Notes under the pieces: generated by a model
What the model was told of the DNA's origin: nothing
Databases searched by the model: none
The model's input: only the letters and a program-made list of their open reading frames with translations
Translations under genes and position numbers: made by a program
In this document: in pieces, positions 1 to 8,442 of the stretch
Layout: every line of letters begins with the position of its first letter
Numbering within the stretch: position 1 is the stretch's first letter
Assembly (NCBI GenBank): GCA_040081625.1
Contig: JBEBGD010000110.1
Coordinates: 1 to 18,592 of the forward strand
Reading direction: 5' to 3'
Source of the DNA: Chthoniobacteraceae bacterium
GTDB lineage: Bacteria; Verrucomicrobiota; Verrucomicrobiia; Chthoniobacterales; Chthoniobacteraceae
Length of the DNA stretch: 18,592 nucleotides

Positions 1-2
1 GC

Positions 3-938
3 GCGAAAAAGCACGCGCTCGACCGCGCCGCTGTCCGCGAGCTGTCCGCGCGCCCGCTCGAAATTTTTCACGGATGGAGCGGCGAGAGCGTGCGCAGCCT
101 GCGCGAATGCCGCCGACGCGGCGTGCGCAGCGTCATCGAGATCCCGACGTGGCATCGCAACAAGGGCAAGGCCAAGCCCGACCGGCTGACCAAGACCGAG
201 CGGGAGCGCGCCGCGCTGCGCGGCTGGGCGGGGTGGAAGGCGTCGCACATCATCACGCGCCAGCAGATGCTCGAGGAATACGAACTCGCCGACCTCATCC
301 TCGTGCTCTCGGAGAAGGCTGAGGAAACCTTCCTCGCCGCACGCATCGCGAAGGAAAAACTTTTCCGTCATCAGCGCGGCGTGGATGTCGAACGCTTCAC
401 GCCCGCGCCCGCGCCGCCGGCAAAATTCACCGCCGTCTTCGTCGGCGCGCTGATCCAGCGCAAGGGCGTCGATCACCTCATCCGTGTCTGGAACCGGCTT
501 GCGCTGAAGGACGCGGAGCTGGTCCTGGTCGGCACCGTGCATTCACCGATCGACGGCGTGCTGCACGAATGGGGCGGGTCGAATGTCCGCGTGACCGGTT
601 TTCTGCCGAAGGTCGAGGACGCCTACCGCTCGGCGACGGTCCACGTCTTCCCGAGCGAGTGCGAAGGCAGCGCGAAGTCCACGTATGAGGCCGCCGCGTG
701 CGGCCTCGCGCAGATCACCACGCGCGAATCGGGCGACGTGGTGCAGGACGGCGTGAACGGGCTCATCATCCCGCCGAACGACCCCGACGCTCTCGCCGAG
801 GCGATCCTGCGTTTGTATAAAGACCGCGACCTCTGCGCGCGCTTCGGTGCCGCGGGCCGGCAGCGCGTGGTGGAGAATTTCACATGGTCGCACTTCCGCG
901 CGCGGCTGATGGAGGCTTACTCGCGCGTGCTCGCCTGA
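3..938 (+). CDS. Glycosyltransferase family 4 (GT-B, RfaB/WcaL-like), 5'-truncated by the window edge
   Basis: Frame is open from position 3 (AKKHALDRAAVRELSARPLEIFHGWSGES...), upstream of the track start at 90. GT4 C-domain motifs: FVGALIQRKGVDHL, the E-x7-E motif FPSECEGSAKSTYEAAACG, and VVQDGVNGLIIPPNDPDALAEAI. Confidence 0.9.
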   Translation, partial: AKKHALDRAAVRELSARPLEIFHGWSGESVRSLRECRRRGVRSVIEIPTWHRNKGKAKPDRLTKTERERAALRGWAGWKASHIITRQQMLEEYELADLILVLSEKAEETFLAARIAKEKLFRHQRGVDVERFTPAPAPPAKFTAVFVGALIQRKGVDHLIRVWNRLALKDAELVLVGTVHSPIDGVLHEWGGSNVRVTGFLPKVEDAYRSATVHVFPSECEGSAKSTYEAAACGLAQITTRESGDVVQDGVNGLIIPPNDPDALAEAILRLYKDRDLCARFGAAGRQRVVENFTWSHFRARLMEAYSRVLA

Positions 939-1870
939 TGCGAATCCTCGCGCTCCAACTCAAGCGGATCGGCGATCTCGTGCTCACCACGCCCGCGCTC
1001 GCCGCGCTCAAGTCGCTGCCGGATGCGAACATCACGCTCGGCGTCCACGCGGGCACGGCCGGGCTGCTGCCCGCAATTGAGCACTGCGATTCCGCGATCG
1101 TTTTCGGCGGCGGATGGACGCCGTGGCAGCAGACGCTCACGGGGCGCTTCGACGTCGTGCTCGATTTCACCGGCACCGATCGCTCGGCTCTCGCCGCGTT
1201 TGCGGCACGTGCGCGGCGGCGGATCACGTTTGAGTGGGTTCGGCGGAAGCGGCTGCGGGCGCTGGCGCACAATGAGTTCGTCGAGTCGAGCGTGCGTGAG
1301 CGGCACACCGCGGACCACTACCTCGACCTGCTGCAGCCGCTTGGCATCGAAGGCGCGAGCGCCGAGCCCGTGCTGCGATCGCCGGGGAAGGCGGCGCCGC
1401 AGGACTATGCGGTCCTCCATCCCGGCACGGCGCGCGCGGAGAAGAACTGGCTCGCGGAGCGGTGGGGCGATGTCGCGCGGCATCTCTCCGAACGGCATGG
1501 ACTGAAGGTCGTCGTGACCTCCGGCCCGGACCCGTCCGAGCGCGCGCACGCCCTGCAGATCCAGCCCGCGATTCACACGCCCGCCGACTTGTGCGCGTTT
1601 GCCGCCCTGCTCGCCCGGGCGCGAATCGTCGTGAGTTGCGACACCGCGGCCGTGCATCTCGCCGCCGCCTTTCAGCGGCCACAGGTCGCGCTCTTCGGCC
1701 CGACGAACCCCTTCCACTGGCGCCCCCGACACGAGCGCGCGGCCGTCATTTCAGCCGCGAAACCGGACGCGCCGCTCACGAGCTTCGATCCCCGAATGAA
1801 AGGCGCGCCGATGGACGGTATCTCGACCGCAGTCGTGTGCCGTGCTATCGACGCCCTTCTCGCCACGTGA
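938..1870 (+). CDS. Glycosyltransferase family 9 (LPS core heptosyltransferase WaaF/WaaQ-like), 310 aa
   Basis: ATG at 938 overlaps the upstream stop (TGATG). N-terminal MRILALQLKRIGDLVLTTPAL, central LHPGTARAEKNW and C-terminal CDTAAVHLAAAFQRPQVALFGPTNP are GT9 hallmarks. Confidence 0.9.
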   Translation: MRILALQLKRIGDLVLTTPALAALKSLPDANITLGVHAGTAGLLPAIEHCDSAIVFGGGWTPWQQTLTGRFDVVLDFTGTDRSALAAFAARARRRITFEWVRRKRLRALAHNEFVESSVRERHTADHYLDLLQPLGIEGASAEPVLRSPGKAAPQDYAVLHPGTARAEKNWLAERWGDVARHLSERHGLKVVVTSGPDPSERAHALQIQPAIHTPADLCAFAALLARARIVVSCDTAAVHLAAAFQRPQVALFGPTNPFHWRPRHERAAVISAAKPDAPLTSFDPRMKGAPMDGISTAVVCRAIDALLAT

Positions 1871-3732
1871 GCAAAACCAAGAAAGTCAGCCGCAAAGATA
1901 TCGCGAAGATGAGCTTCGCCGAGTTCGTGCGTGCGGCGAAGGAGCCGTATCGAAAGCTCTTCAGCTACCTGCGACCGTATCGCGGGCGCTTCTTCCTCGG
2001 CATCCTGTTCGGCGCGCTCTTCGGCGTGGTGCAGGGCATCCTGATCTTCGACGTGCAGTTCGTCGCCGGGACCGTCTTCCCTGACGGAAAGCCGAATCTG
2101 CCGGAGAAGGTCGCAGCGTGGGCGCCATGGCTCGCGCACCTCGGAGCGTCGCCGACGCTCGGCAGTGTGCTGCTCATCTGCGCCACCATCCCGCTGATGA
2201 TGGGCCTGCGCGGGCTGTTCGGCTATCTCAACAGCTACTGCATGCTGTGGGTGAGCGTGCGCGTGCTCGACGACATCCGGAAGGCCGTGTTCCGGCACAC
2301 GCTCGGGCAGGCGATGGAGTTCTTCAATCGCGCCAAGGCGGGCGATCTCGTGCAGACCGTCTTCAACCAGACGCGCATCGCGCAGCAGGCGCTCACGACG
2401 ATCGCCGGCGACATCGTGAAGCAGCCCATCTCGATCCTGTCCGCGCTGGCGGTGCTCTTCGTCATCGATTGGCGCTTCACGCTCGTCTCCTTCATCATCT
2501 TCCCGCTCTGCCTCGTGCCGGTCGTGATCATCGCGAAAAAAGTGCGCAAGGCCGGCGCGCGCGAGGAGGAGGAGGCCGCGGGGCTGATGGTCGTGATGAC
2601 CGAGGCCTTCGCCGGCATCCGCGTGGTGAAGACGCACGCGCGCGAGGACTACGAATCCGGGCGCTTCAACGCGGCGAACGCGAAGATCATGCAATTCATC
2701 ATGCGGTGGCGGAAGGCGATGGAGATGGCCGGGCCGATGGTCGAGACGGTCGCAAGTTTCGGCGTGGCGATGGCGCTCGTGTGGGCGTGGCACTTCGATC
2801 TCGGGTTCAAGAAATTCATCGCGCTCAATGGCGGCATGATACTGCTCTACCCGCCGTTCAAGGCGCTCAGCCGCATCCATCTCACGATGCAAAAATGTCT
2901 CGCGGCGACGACGAAGGTTTTCGAACTGCTCGAGCGCGCGCCGGCGATCACCGACGTGCCCGATGCGAAGACGCTGCCGCGGGTGCGCGGCGAGATTCGG
3001 TTTGAAGGCGTGAGCTTCACCTATGGCAGCGACAAGGCCGCGGTGCATGAGGTCGATCTCACGATTCCCGCAGGCAGCACCTGCGCGCTCGTGGGCTCCA
3101 GCGGCGCGGGGAAGACGACGATGCTCGCGCTGCTCCAGCGGCTTTACGACGTGCAGGCGGGGCGCATCAGCATCGACGGCGCGGACATCCGCGAAGTCAC
3201 GCAGGCTTCGCTGCGCGCGAACATCGCGACCGTGAACCAGGACATCTTTCTCTTTCACGACACCATCGCGGACAACATCCGCTACGGGCGGCTCGACGCG
3301 ACGCAGGCCGAGGTCGAGGCGGCGGCGAAGCAGGCCTTCGCGCACGACTTCATCCTCGCGCAGCCGCAGGGTTACGAGACGATCATCGGCGACAAGGGCT
3401 GCCTGCTCAGCGGCGGCCAGCAGCAGCGACTCTCGATCGCGCGGGCGCTGCTCAAAAACGCGCCGATCCTGCTGCTCGACGAAGCCACCAGCGCGCTCGA
3501 CAGCGAGAGCGAGCGGCAGATCCAGGCCGCGCTCGACACGCTCACCGAGGGCCGCACGGTCGTCGCGATCGCGCACCGGCTCAGCACGATCCTGCACGCG
3601 CAGCAGATCGTGGTGATGGATCACGGCCGCATCGTGGACCTCGGCACGCACGCGGATCTCTACAGCCGCAGCGCGATCTACCGGCGGCTCTACGATCTTC
3701 AGTTCAACCAAACGCTCACACCCGTCTCGTGA
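1867..3732 (+). CDS. msbA: MsbA-like fused permease/ATPase ABC exporter (probable lipid A-core flippase), 621 aa
   Basis: GTG at 1867 in a GTGA overlap with the GT9 stop. N-terminal TM domain, Walker A GSSGAGKT, signature LSGGQQQR, Walker B LLLDEATSALD, H-loop IAHRLST. The msbA assignment rests on adjacency to LPS glycosyltransferases. Confidence 0.8.
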   Translation: MSKTKKVSRKDIAKMSFAEFVRAAKEPYRKLFSYLRPYRGRFFLGILFGALFGVVQGILIFDVQFVAGTVFPDGKPNLPEKVAAWAPWLAHLGASPTLGSVLLICATIPLMMGLRGLFGYLNSYCMLWVSVRVLDDIRKAVFRHTLGQAMEFFNRAKAGDLVQTVFNQTRIAQQALTTIAGDIVKQPISILSALAVLFVIDWRFTLVSFIIFPLCLVPVVIIAKKVRKAGAREEEEAAGLMVVMTEAFAGIRVVKTHAREDYESGRFNAANAKIMQFIMRWRKAMEMAGPMVETVASFGVAMALVWAWHFDLGFKKFIALNGGMILLYPPFKALSRIHLTMQKCLAATTKVFELLERAPAITDVPDAKTLPRVRGEIRFEGVSFTYGSDKAAVHEVDLTIPAGSTCALVGSSGAGKTTMLALLQRLYDVQAGRISIDGADIREVTQASLRANIATVNQDIFLFHDTIADNIRYGRLDATQAEVEAAAKQAFAHDFILAQPQGYETIIGDKGCLLSGGQQQRLSIARALLKNAPILLLDEATSALDSESERQIQAALDTLTEGRTVVAIAHRLSTILHAQQIVVMDHGRIVDLGTHADLYSRSAIYRRLYDLQFNQTLTPVS

Positions 3733-4178
3733 AAGCACTCGCCTTCCTCCCCGCCATGCTCGCCATCGCCGTCGCGCAGGACGCGCCCGTCGTGCGCGCG
3801 ACGACACGCGTGCTCGCCGACGGTTCGCGCGCGACGACCATCACCGACCTCGAGGAACGCACCGCGACCGAGACGGTGACCGACGCCGGCGGCAAGCTGA
3901 TGCGCAAGACGATCTTCACGCTCGACGCGAGTGGCGCGAGCACCGGCGCGATCCACTACGACGCGAAGAACAACATCCGCTACAAGGAATCCTACAAGCG
4001 CGACGGCGCGGGGCAGATCAGCGCGAGCTATCTCTACAGCAAGGACGATCGGCTGCTCGGACACCGGGTGTTTCAATACGACGGCAAAGGCGCCGTCGCG
4101 CAGATCGACGACTACGACGCGGCCGGGAAGCTCATCCCGAAGGCCGCAACACCCGCGCCTGGAAAGAAGCGCCGCTAG
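3729..4178 (+). CDS. Hypothetical exported protein with YD-like beta-hairpin repeats, 149 aa
   Basis: GTGA overlap with msbA. Signal-peptide-like MKALAFLPAMLAIAVA-QD. Recurring turn motifs TDAGGKL, LDASGA, YDAKNNI, RDGAGQI, YSKDDRL, YDGKGAV, YDAAGKL. Host-like codon usage. Confidence 0.75.
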   Translation: MKALAFLPAMLAIAVAQDAPVVRATTRVLADGSRATTITDLEERTATETVTDAGGKLMRKTIFTLDASGASTGAIHYDAKNNIRYKESYKRDGAGQISASYLYSKDDRLLGHRVFQYDGKGAVAQIDDYDAAGKLIPKAATPAPGKKRR

Positions 4179-4189
4179 CGACTGTGCCG

Positions 4190-5194
4190 ATGGATAAATC
4201 CGAATTGCGCCGCGACCCACTGACAGACGCATGGACGGTCTTCACCGCCACGCGCGCGCTGCGGCCCGCGTTCGGCTCGGTCCGCGGTGAAAACGGAACC
4301 CCCGATCCGTTCATCGCCGGGCGCGAGCGATTCGCCGCGCACGCGCTGCACTCGGCGCCGGGCGGCGATGGCTGGCAGGTGCGCGTGGTGCCGAATCGCA
4401 CGCCCGTGCTCCGCGTGGAAGGCGACGCGACGACGCGGCCGGATGGATTTTACGACCGCATGGACGGCGTCGGTGCGCACGAGGTGATTGTCGAGGATCC
4501 AGGCGCCCGCGCATTCGAGGAACTGCCGCTCGCCGACGTGGAGAAGGTCATCGAGGCGTGGAAGTGGCGGATGCTCGACCTCATGCGCGACCCGCGGATG
4601 CGCACGCTCTCCATCGTGAAGAACGTCGGCCGCGCTGCGGGCGGGCTGGTGAATCACAGCGTCTCGCAGCTCGTGGCGATGGCGATCATCCCGCCGGTGC
4701 TGCGGCAGAAGCTGCGCGTGGCGCGCGCGTTTTACGCCGCGAAAAAGCGCTCGATCTTCGAGGACGTGCTGGCCGAGGAGGTGCGCACCGCGACGCGGCT
4801 CGTGTATGAAAACAACGGCTTCACCGTCTTCTGCCCGTATGCGTCGCGCGCACCGTTCGAGCTGTCGGTGATTCCGAAACGCCAATGCCCGGACTTCCAC
4901 GGCATCAGCGACCAGGAACGCACGCAGCTCGCCGACGCGCTGCGAACCGTGCTGCGCAAACTCAACCGCGCACTCGATCATCCGCCATACAACCTCATGC
5001 TCTTCACCGCGCCGACCCGCACGCCGCGCCACGACGAGTGGAACACGATCGAGCAGGACTTCCGCTGGCACATCGAGATCCTGCCGCGCCTGCATCACTC
5101 CGGCGGCTTCGAACTCGCGAGCGGCTGCTGGGTCAACGGCGTGTGGCCCGAGGTCGCGGCGGACTACCTGCGCCAGGCGGAGGTGCCCGAATGA
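4190..5194 (+). CDS. GalT / ADP-glucose-phosphorylase-fold (HIT superfamily) protein with a degenerate active site
   Basis: Family scaffold motifs [65 protein letters not shown]. The HxHxQ motif reads HSVSQ. Start ATG 4190 (alternative GTG 4184). Confidence 0.85.
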   Translation: MDKSELRRDPLTDAWTVFTATRALRPAFGSVRGENGTPDPFIAGRERFAAHALHSAPGGDGWQVRVVPNRTPVLRVEGDATTRPDGFYDRMDGVGAHEVIVEDPGARAFEELPLADVEKVIEAWKWRMLDLMRDPRMRTLSIVKNVGRAAGGLVNHSVSQLVAMAIIPPVLRQKLRVARAFYAAKKRSIFEDVLAEEVRTATRLVYENNGFTVFCPYASRAPFELSVIPKRQCPDFHGISDQERTQLADALRTVLRKLNRALDHPPYNLMLFTAPTRTPRHDEWNTIEQDFRWHIEILPRLHHSGGFELASGCWVNGVWPEVAADYLRQAEVPE

Positions 5195-5463
5195 CCGCTC
5201 GGCACGTCTTCTACGAAGGCCGCGTGCAGGGCGTCGGCTTCCGCTACAGCGTGAAGTTTCTCGCGCGCGGCTACGATGTCGTCGGATGGGTTCGCAACCT
5301 CGACGACGGCCGCGTCGAGATGCAGTGCAGCGGCGAGGCCGATGAAGTCGAGGCCTTCCTCGAGGCCATCGTCGAGAGCAACCTCAAGGCGCACATCCGC
5401 GGCGTCGAGGCGAGCGTCATTCCATCGCTTGAAGGCGTGCGCGGGTTCGAGATCACGGCATGA
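5191..5463 (+). CDS. acyP: Acylphosphatase, 90 aa
   Basis: ATGA overlap with the upstream gene. Signatures GRVQGVGFR and [12 protein letters not shown]. Confidence 0.95.
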   Translation: MTARHVFYEGRVQGVGFRYSVKFLARGYDVVGWVRNLDDGRVEMQCSGEADEVEAFLEAIVESNLKAHIRGVEASVIPSLEGVRGFEITA

Positions 5464-5487
5464 CAATCGCCGCGAACTGCATACGAT
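5460..5487 (+). promoter_or_regulatory. Putative sigma70-type promoter for a leaderless TA transcript
   Basis: ATGACA (5460-5465), 16-nt spacer, TACGAT (5482-5487), then ATG at 5495 after 7 nt. No Shine-Dalgarno sequence. Confidence 0.5.
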
Positions 5488-5494
5488 TTGTGGC

Positions 5495-5707
5495 ATGAGC
5501 ACTGTCGCCGAAATCCGCAAAGCCATTGAAGAGCTGAGTCTCGAAGAACGGGTCGAGTTGTTCGCAAGTTTTACGCGATTCGAGGACGACGCTTGGGACC
5601 GGCAGATGAAGGCGGACGCCGAGGCTGGAAAGTTCGACGAGATGCATCGACAAGCTATCGAAGATCTTCGGGCGGGGCGCTGCGTCCCGCTGGAAGAGGG
5701 ACTGTGA
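5495..5707 (+). CDS. Putative type II antitoxin, 70 aa, acidic and helical
   Basis: MSTVAEIRKAIEELSLEERVELFASF...DDAWDRQMKADAEAGKFDEMHRQAIEDLRAGR. Matches the small 'WDxQ...D...GKLD' proteins typically found upstream of RelE/ParE-like toxins. Overlaps the next gene by GTGA. Confidence 0.75.
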   Translation: MSTVAEIRKAIEELSLEERVELFASFTRFEDDAWDRQMKADAEAGKFDEMHRQAIEDLRAGRCVPLEEGL

Positions 5708-5964
5708 ATGTCCCGAGCCGGGGAAGCCCCACATTCTGGAAGTATTACCGGGCGCTGCCCGCGGAAGTGAAGGCCGTCGCGCGGAAGAATTACCAGCTTT
5801 GGCGCGCGGATGCCTTGCACCCTTCGCTGCATTTCAAGCGCATCCGAAGGCCGTGGTGGTCGGTGCGTGTCGGCGACAACTACCGCGCCGTAGGTGGATT
5901 CGAGGGCAACGTATTTGTGTGGGAGTGGATCGGCGCGCACGCGGAATACGACAGGCGCTACTGA
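5704..5964 (+). CDS. RelE/ParE-superfamily type II toxin, 86 aa
   Basis: GTG start in a GTGA overlap. Basic protein with FWKYYRALPAEVK, HPSLHFKRI, WSVRVGDNYRAVG and WEWIGAHAEYDR, characteristic of a RelE/ParE-fold toxin subfamily. Confidence 0.8.
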   Translation: MNVPSRGSPTFWKYYRALPAEVKAVARKNYQLWRADALHPSLHFKRIRRPWWSVRVGDNYRAVGGFEGNVFVWEWIGAHAEYDRRY

Positions 5965-5966
5965 GG

Positions 5967-6809
5967 ATGTCTGTTCCAGCGATCTCGATTCAGAACGTCA
6001 CGAAGGTCTTCCCTATTCCGTTCAAGCGGGAGGGGGTGGTCGCGGTCGATGGGCTCTCGCTGACGGTCGAGCCAGGGCAGGTGTATGGCCTGCTCGGCCC
6101 AAATGGATCGGGCAAATCGACGACGATGAAGATCGTGCTCGGTCTCGTGACGCCCACGGAGGGGCGCACGGAAATCTTCGGCTGCGACTCGGCGCGCGTC
6201 GCGAGCCGCGAGCAGGTCGGCTTCCTGCCGGAGAATCCGTATTTCTACAAGTTCCTCACCGGCTTCGAGACGCTGCAATTCTTCGGCAAGCTCTGCGGCC
6301 TGCGCGGCCGGAAGCTCGACGAGCGCGCTCGCGAGTTGCTCGCGCTCGTGGGGCTCGAAGACGCCGCGGCCCGGCGCATCGGCGGCTACTCGAAGGGCAT
6401 GCTCCAGCGCATCGGCCTCGCGCAGGCGCTCGTGCAGGAGCCGCGCCTGCTCGTGCTCGATGAGCCGACCGCGGGTGTAGATCCCGCCGGCTCGCGCGAT
6501 ATTTGCGATCTCATCCTCGGGTTCAAGGCACGCGGCATCACGGTGCTGCTGTGTTCGCATCTGCTCGCGCAGGTGCAGGAGATTTGCGACCGGGTCGGCA
6601 TCCTCAACCGCGGGCGACTCATCCGTGAAGGCGCGCTCGACGAACTGATCGCGATCGAGAACCAGACCGAGTTGGTGCTCGAAAACGCGACGACGGAGTT
6701 GCTGGCGGAGATCGCGGCGAAGGCCGCGGCCGGTGGCGCGCGCGTGGTTTCGCAAAACAAGCCGCAGCAAAATCTCGAGCGCTACTTCCTCGACGTAACC
6801 CGCAAATGA
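5967..6809 (+). CDS. ABC transporter ATP-binding protein (PilH-like / ABC-2 type), 280 aa
   Basis: ATG 2 nt after the toxin stop. Walker A GPNGSGKS, GFLPENPYFY, signature YSKGMLQR, Walker B LVLDEP, CSHLL. Confidence 0.92.
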   Translation: MSVPAISIQNVTKVFPIPFKREGVVAVDGLSLTVEPGQVYGLLGPNGSGKSTTMKIVLGLVTPTEGRTEIFGCDSARVASREQVGFLPENPYFYKFLTGFETLQFFGKLCGLRGRKLDERARELLALVGLEDAAARRIGGYSKGMLQRIGLAQALVQEPRLLVLDEPTAGVDPAGSRDICDLILGFKARGITVLLCSHLLAQVQEICDRVGILNRGRLIREGALDELIAIENQTELVLENATTELLAEIAAKAAAGGARVVSQNKPQQNLERYFLDVTRK

Positions 6810-7672
6810 CCTCGCTCTCCCGCATCACGGCCATCGCCGGGAACACGCTGCTCGAACTCGTCCGGCAGAAGGTTTTCTATTTCATGCTACTCTTCGCGAC
6901 CGTCGCGATCGGCGCGGCGTTCGCGGCCTCGGCGATCCCGTTCGCGGAGGTTTTCCAGGTGCTCAAGGACGCGTCGCTCGGCGCGATGACGATCTTTAGC
7001 TGGCTGCTCGTGACGCTCGCGACGGCGATGATCCTGCCGAAGGATCTCGAGGACCGCACGCTCTACACGATCCTCGCCAAGCCGGTCTCGCGCCTCGAAT
7101 ACCTGCTCGGCAAGCTACTCGGCGTGCTGCTGCTGCTCGCGGTCGCGCTGGCGCTGATGAGCGTGCTTTTCTCCATCGCGCTGCTGATCCGCGAGCGCAT
7201 CGCGATCGCCGGCGCGCTGCGCGACTACGGCACCGGGCCCGACGGACAGGCGGCGATCGCGGAAATCAAACGCGCCGCCTTCGACTGGAATCTCGTCCCG
7301 GCGATCCTCGTGATCTTCACCAAGTCCGCGGTGTGCGCCGCGCTGACGCTGCTGCTGAGCACCTTCGCGTCGTCGTGGATCTTCACCGTGATGATCTCGG
7401 TGAGCGTGTATGTCATCGGCCACCTGCAACCGCTCGTGCGCGAGGCGTGGCTGACGCAGGGCGACGTGAATCCCTCGGAGCTGCTCAAGGTGCTCATGGG
7501 ATTCGTCTCGCTCGTCTTCCCGGACTTTCAGCTCTTCAACATCGTGGACGAGATCGTCGTCGGGAATGCGGTGCCGGGTTGGATGTTCGGGCAGACGTTC
7601 GCGCTCGGGTTCGGTTACGTGTTCGTCTATACGCTCGTCGGCTACATCGCGTTTTCGAATCGCGAGATATGA
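6806..7672 (+). CDS. ABC-2 type permease (PilI-like), 288 aa
   Basis: ATGA overlap. Multiple hydrophobic helices, RITAIAGNTLLELVRQKVFY start, conserved loop DLEDRTLYTILAKPVSRLEYLLGK, C-terminal FSNREI. Confidence 0.88.
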   Translation: MTSLSRITAIAGNTLLELVRQKVFYFMLLFATVAIGAAFAASAIPFAEVFQVLKDASLGAMTIFSWLLVTLATAMILPKDLEDRTLYTILAKPVSRLEYLLGKLLGVLLLLAVALALMSVLFSIALLIRERIAIAGALRDYGTGPDGQAAIAEIKRAAFDWNLVPAILVIFTKSAVCAALTLLLSTFASSWIFTVMISVSVYVIGHLQPLVREAWLTQGDVNPSELLKVLMGFVSLVFPDFQLFNIVDEIVVGNAVPGWMFGQTFALGFGYVFVYTLVGYIAFSNREI

Positions 7673-8433
7673 GGACGCGGCTGCTCTGTCTCGCGATCAT
7701 CCTCGTGTTCGGCGCGATTCGTCTGCCGATCGAGATGCGGCTCGAGAAGGAGCAGCGCGCGCTGCACTACCACGGTGCGAAGTTCAGCCTCAGCATGCGG
7801 CAGCAGCTCAGCCAGCTTGGCTTCGTGGCGGCGCTCAGCGGCTTTCGCGCGGTCGTCGCGAGCGTGCTCGAACTTCAGGCCTACACCGCGTGGCAGCGCG
7901 TCGAGTGGGGCCGGCTCAAGCTGCTCTACGACACGGTCTGCGCGCTGCAGCCACGCAATCTCCAGGCTTGGGACATGGCCGCATGGCACATGGCCTACAA
8001 TGCGAGTGTGGCCGCGCGCGAAGACGACACGCAGCCACGCGCCGCGCTGCGGCTCAAGGCCGAGCGCGAGTATTTCAAGCTCGGCGAAAACTTCATGCTG
8101 CGCGGGATCGAGAACAATCCCGACCGAGCCTTCCTCTTCGAGCGGCTCGCGACGATCTACCGCGACAAATTTGAGGACCACGAAAAGGCGGCGCACTACT
8201 ACGACGAAGCCTCGAAGCGTCCCGACGCGATGCACTACGTCCATCGCTTCGCCGTCTATGAGCTGGCGAAAGTGCCGGGGCGCGAGCGTGAAGCTTACGA
8301 GCGGCTCAAGGCGCTTTACTTGAAGGGAAAGGACGAAAGACTGCCTACGCTCTTGCGTTTGCTCGGCGAGATGGAGCAAAAATTGAATGTTCCCCCAAGC
8401 GAGCGTCTCTATACTCCACCAACCCAGAAGTAA
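7669..8433 (+). CDS. Membrane-anchored helical/TPR-like protein associated with the ABC pair (PilG-like position), 254 aa
   Basis: ATGA overlap at 7669. N-terminal anchor MRTRLLCLAIILVFGAIRL. Motifs LSGFRAVVA, LQPRNLQAWDMAAWHMAYNAS and GIENNPDRAFLFERLATIY...AAHYYDEA (TPR-like). Confidence 0.75.
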   Translation: MRTRLLCLAIILVFGAIRLPIEMRLEKEQRALHYHGAKFSLSMRQQLSQLGFVAALSGFRAVVASVLELQAYTAWQRVEWGRLKLLYDTVCALQPRNLQAWDMAAWHMAYNASVAAREDDTQPRAALRLKAEREYFKLGENFMLRGIENNPDRAFLFERLATIYRDKFEDHEKAAHYYDEASKRPDAMHYVHRFAVYELAKVPGREREAYERLKALYLKGKDERLPTLLRLLGEMEQKLNVPPSERLYTPPTQK

Positions 8434-8442
8434 TTTTTCATC

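Noticed and set aside
1672..3807. Long antisense ORFs (1672..3807 -, 7642..9024 -, 11499..12803 +, 12837..14390 +, 15955..18231 -, 17424..18296 -, and others)
   Set aside because: Shadow frames opposite well-supported genes in high-GC DNA. They are Arg/Ala/Pro-rich with no recognisable motifs.
4190..5194. Assigning the symbol galT, or calling it a pseudogene
   Set aside because: The nucleophilic His is absent, so galT function is unsupported. The frame is full-length with normal codon usage, so pseudogene status is also unsupported.
5464..5966. TA module as an IS, MITE or integron cassette
   Set aside because: No terminal inverted repeats, target-site duplication, attC-like palindrome or recombinase could be seen.
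884..7668. N-terminal extensions in the ORF track (starts 884, 1462, 4885, 5276, 5593, 5799, 7333)
   Set aside because: They overlap upstream genes extensively. Family-like sequence begins at 938, 1867, 5191, 5495, 5704, 5967 and 7669, mostly at stop/start overlaps.
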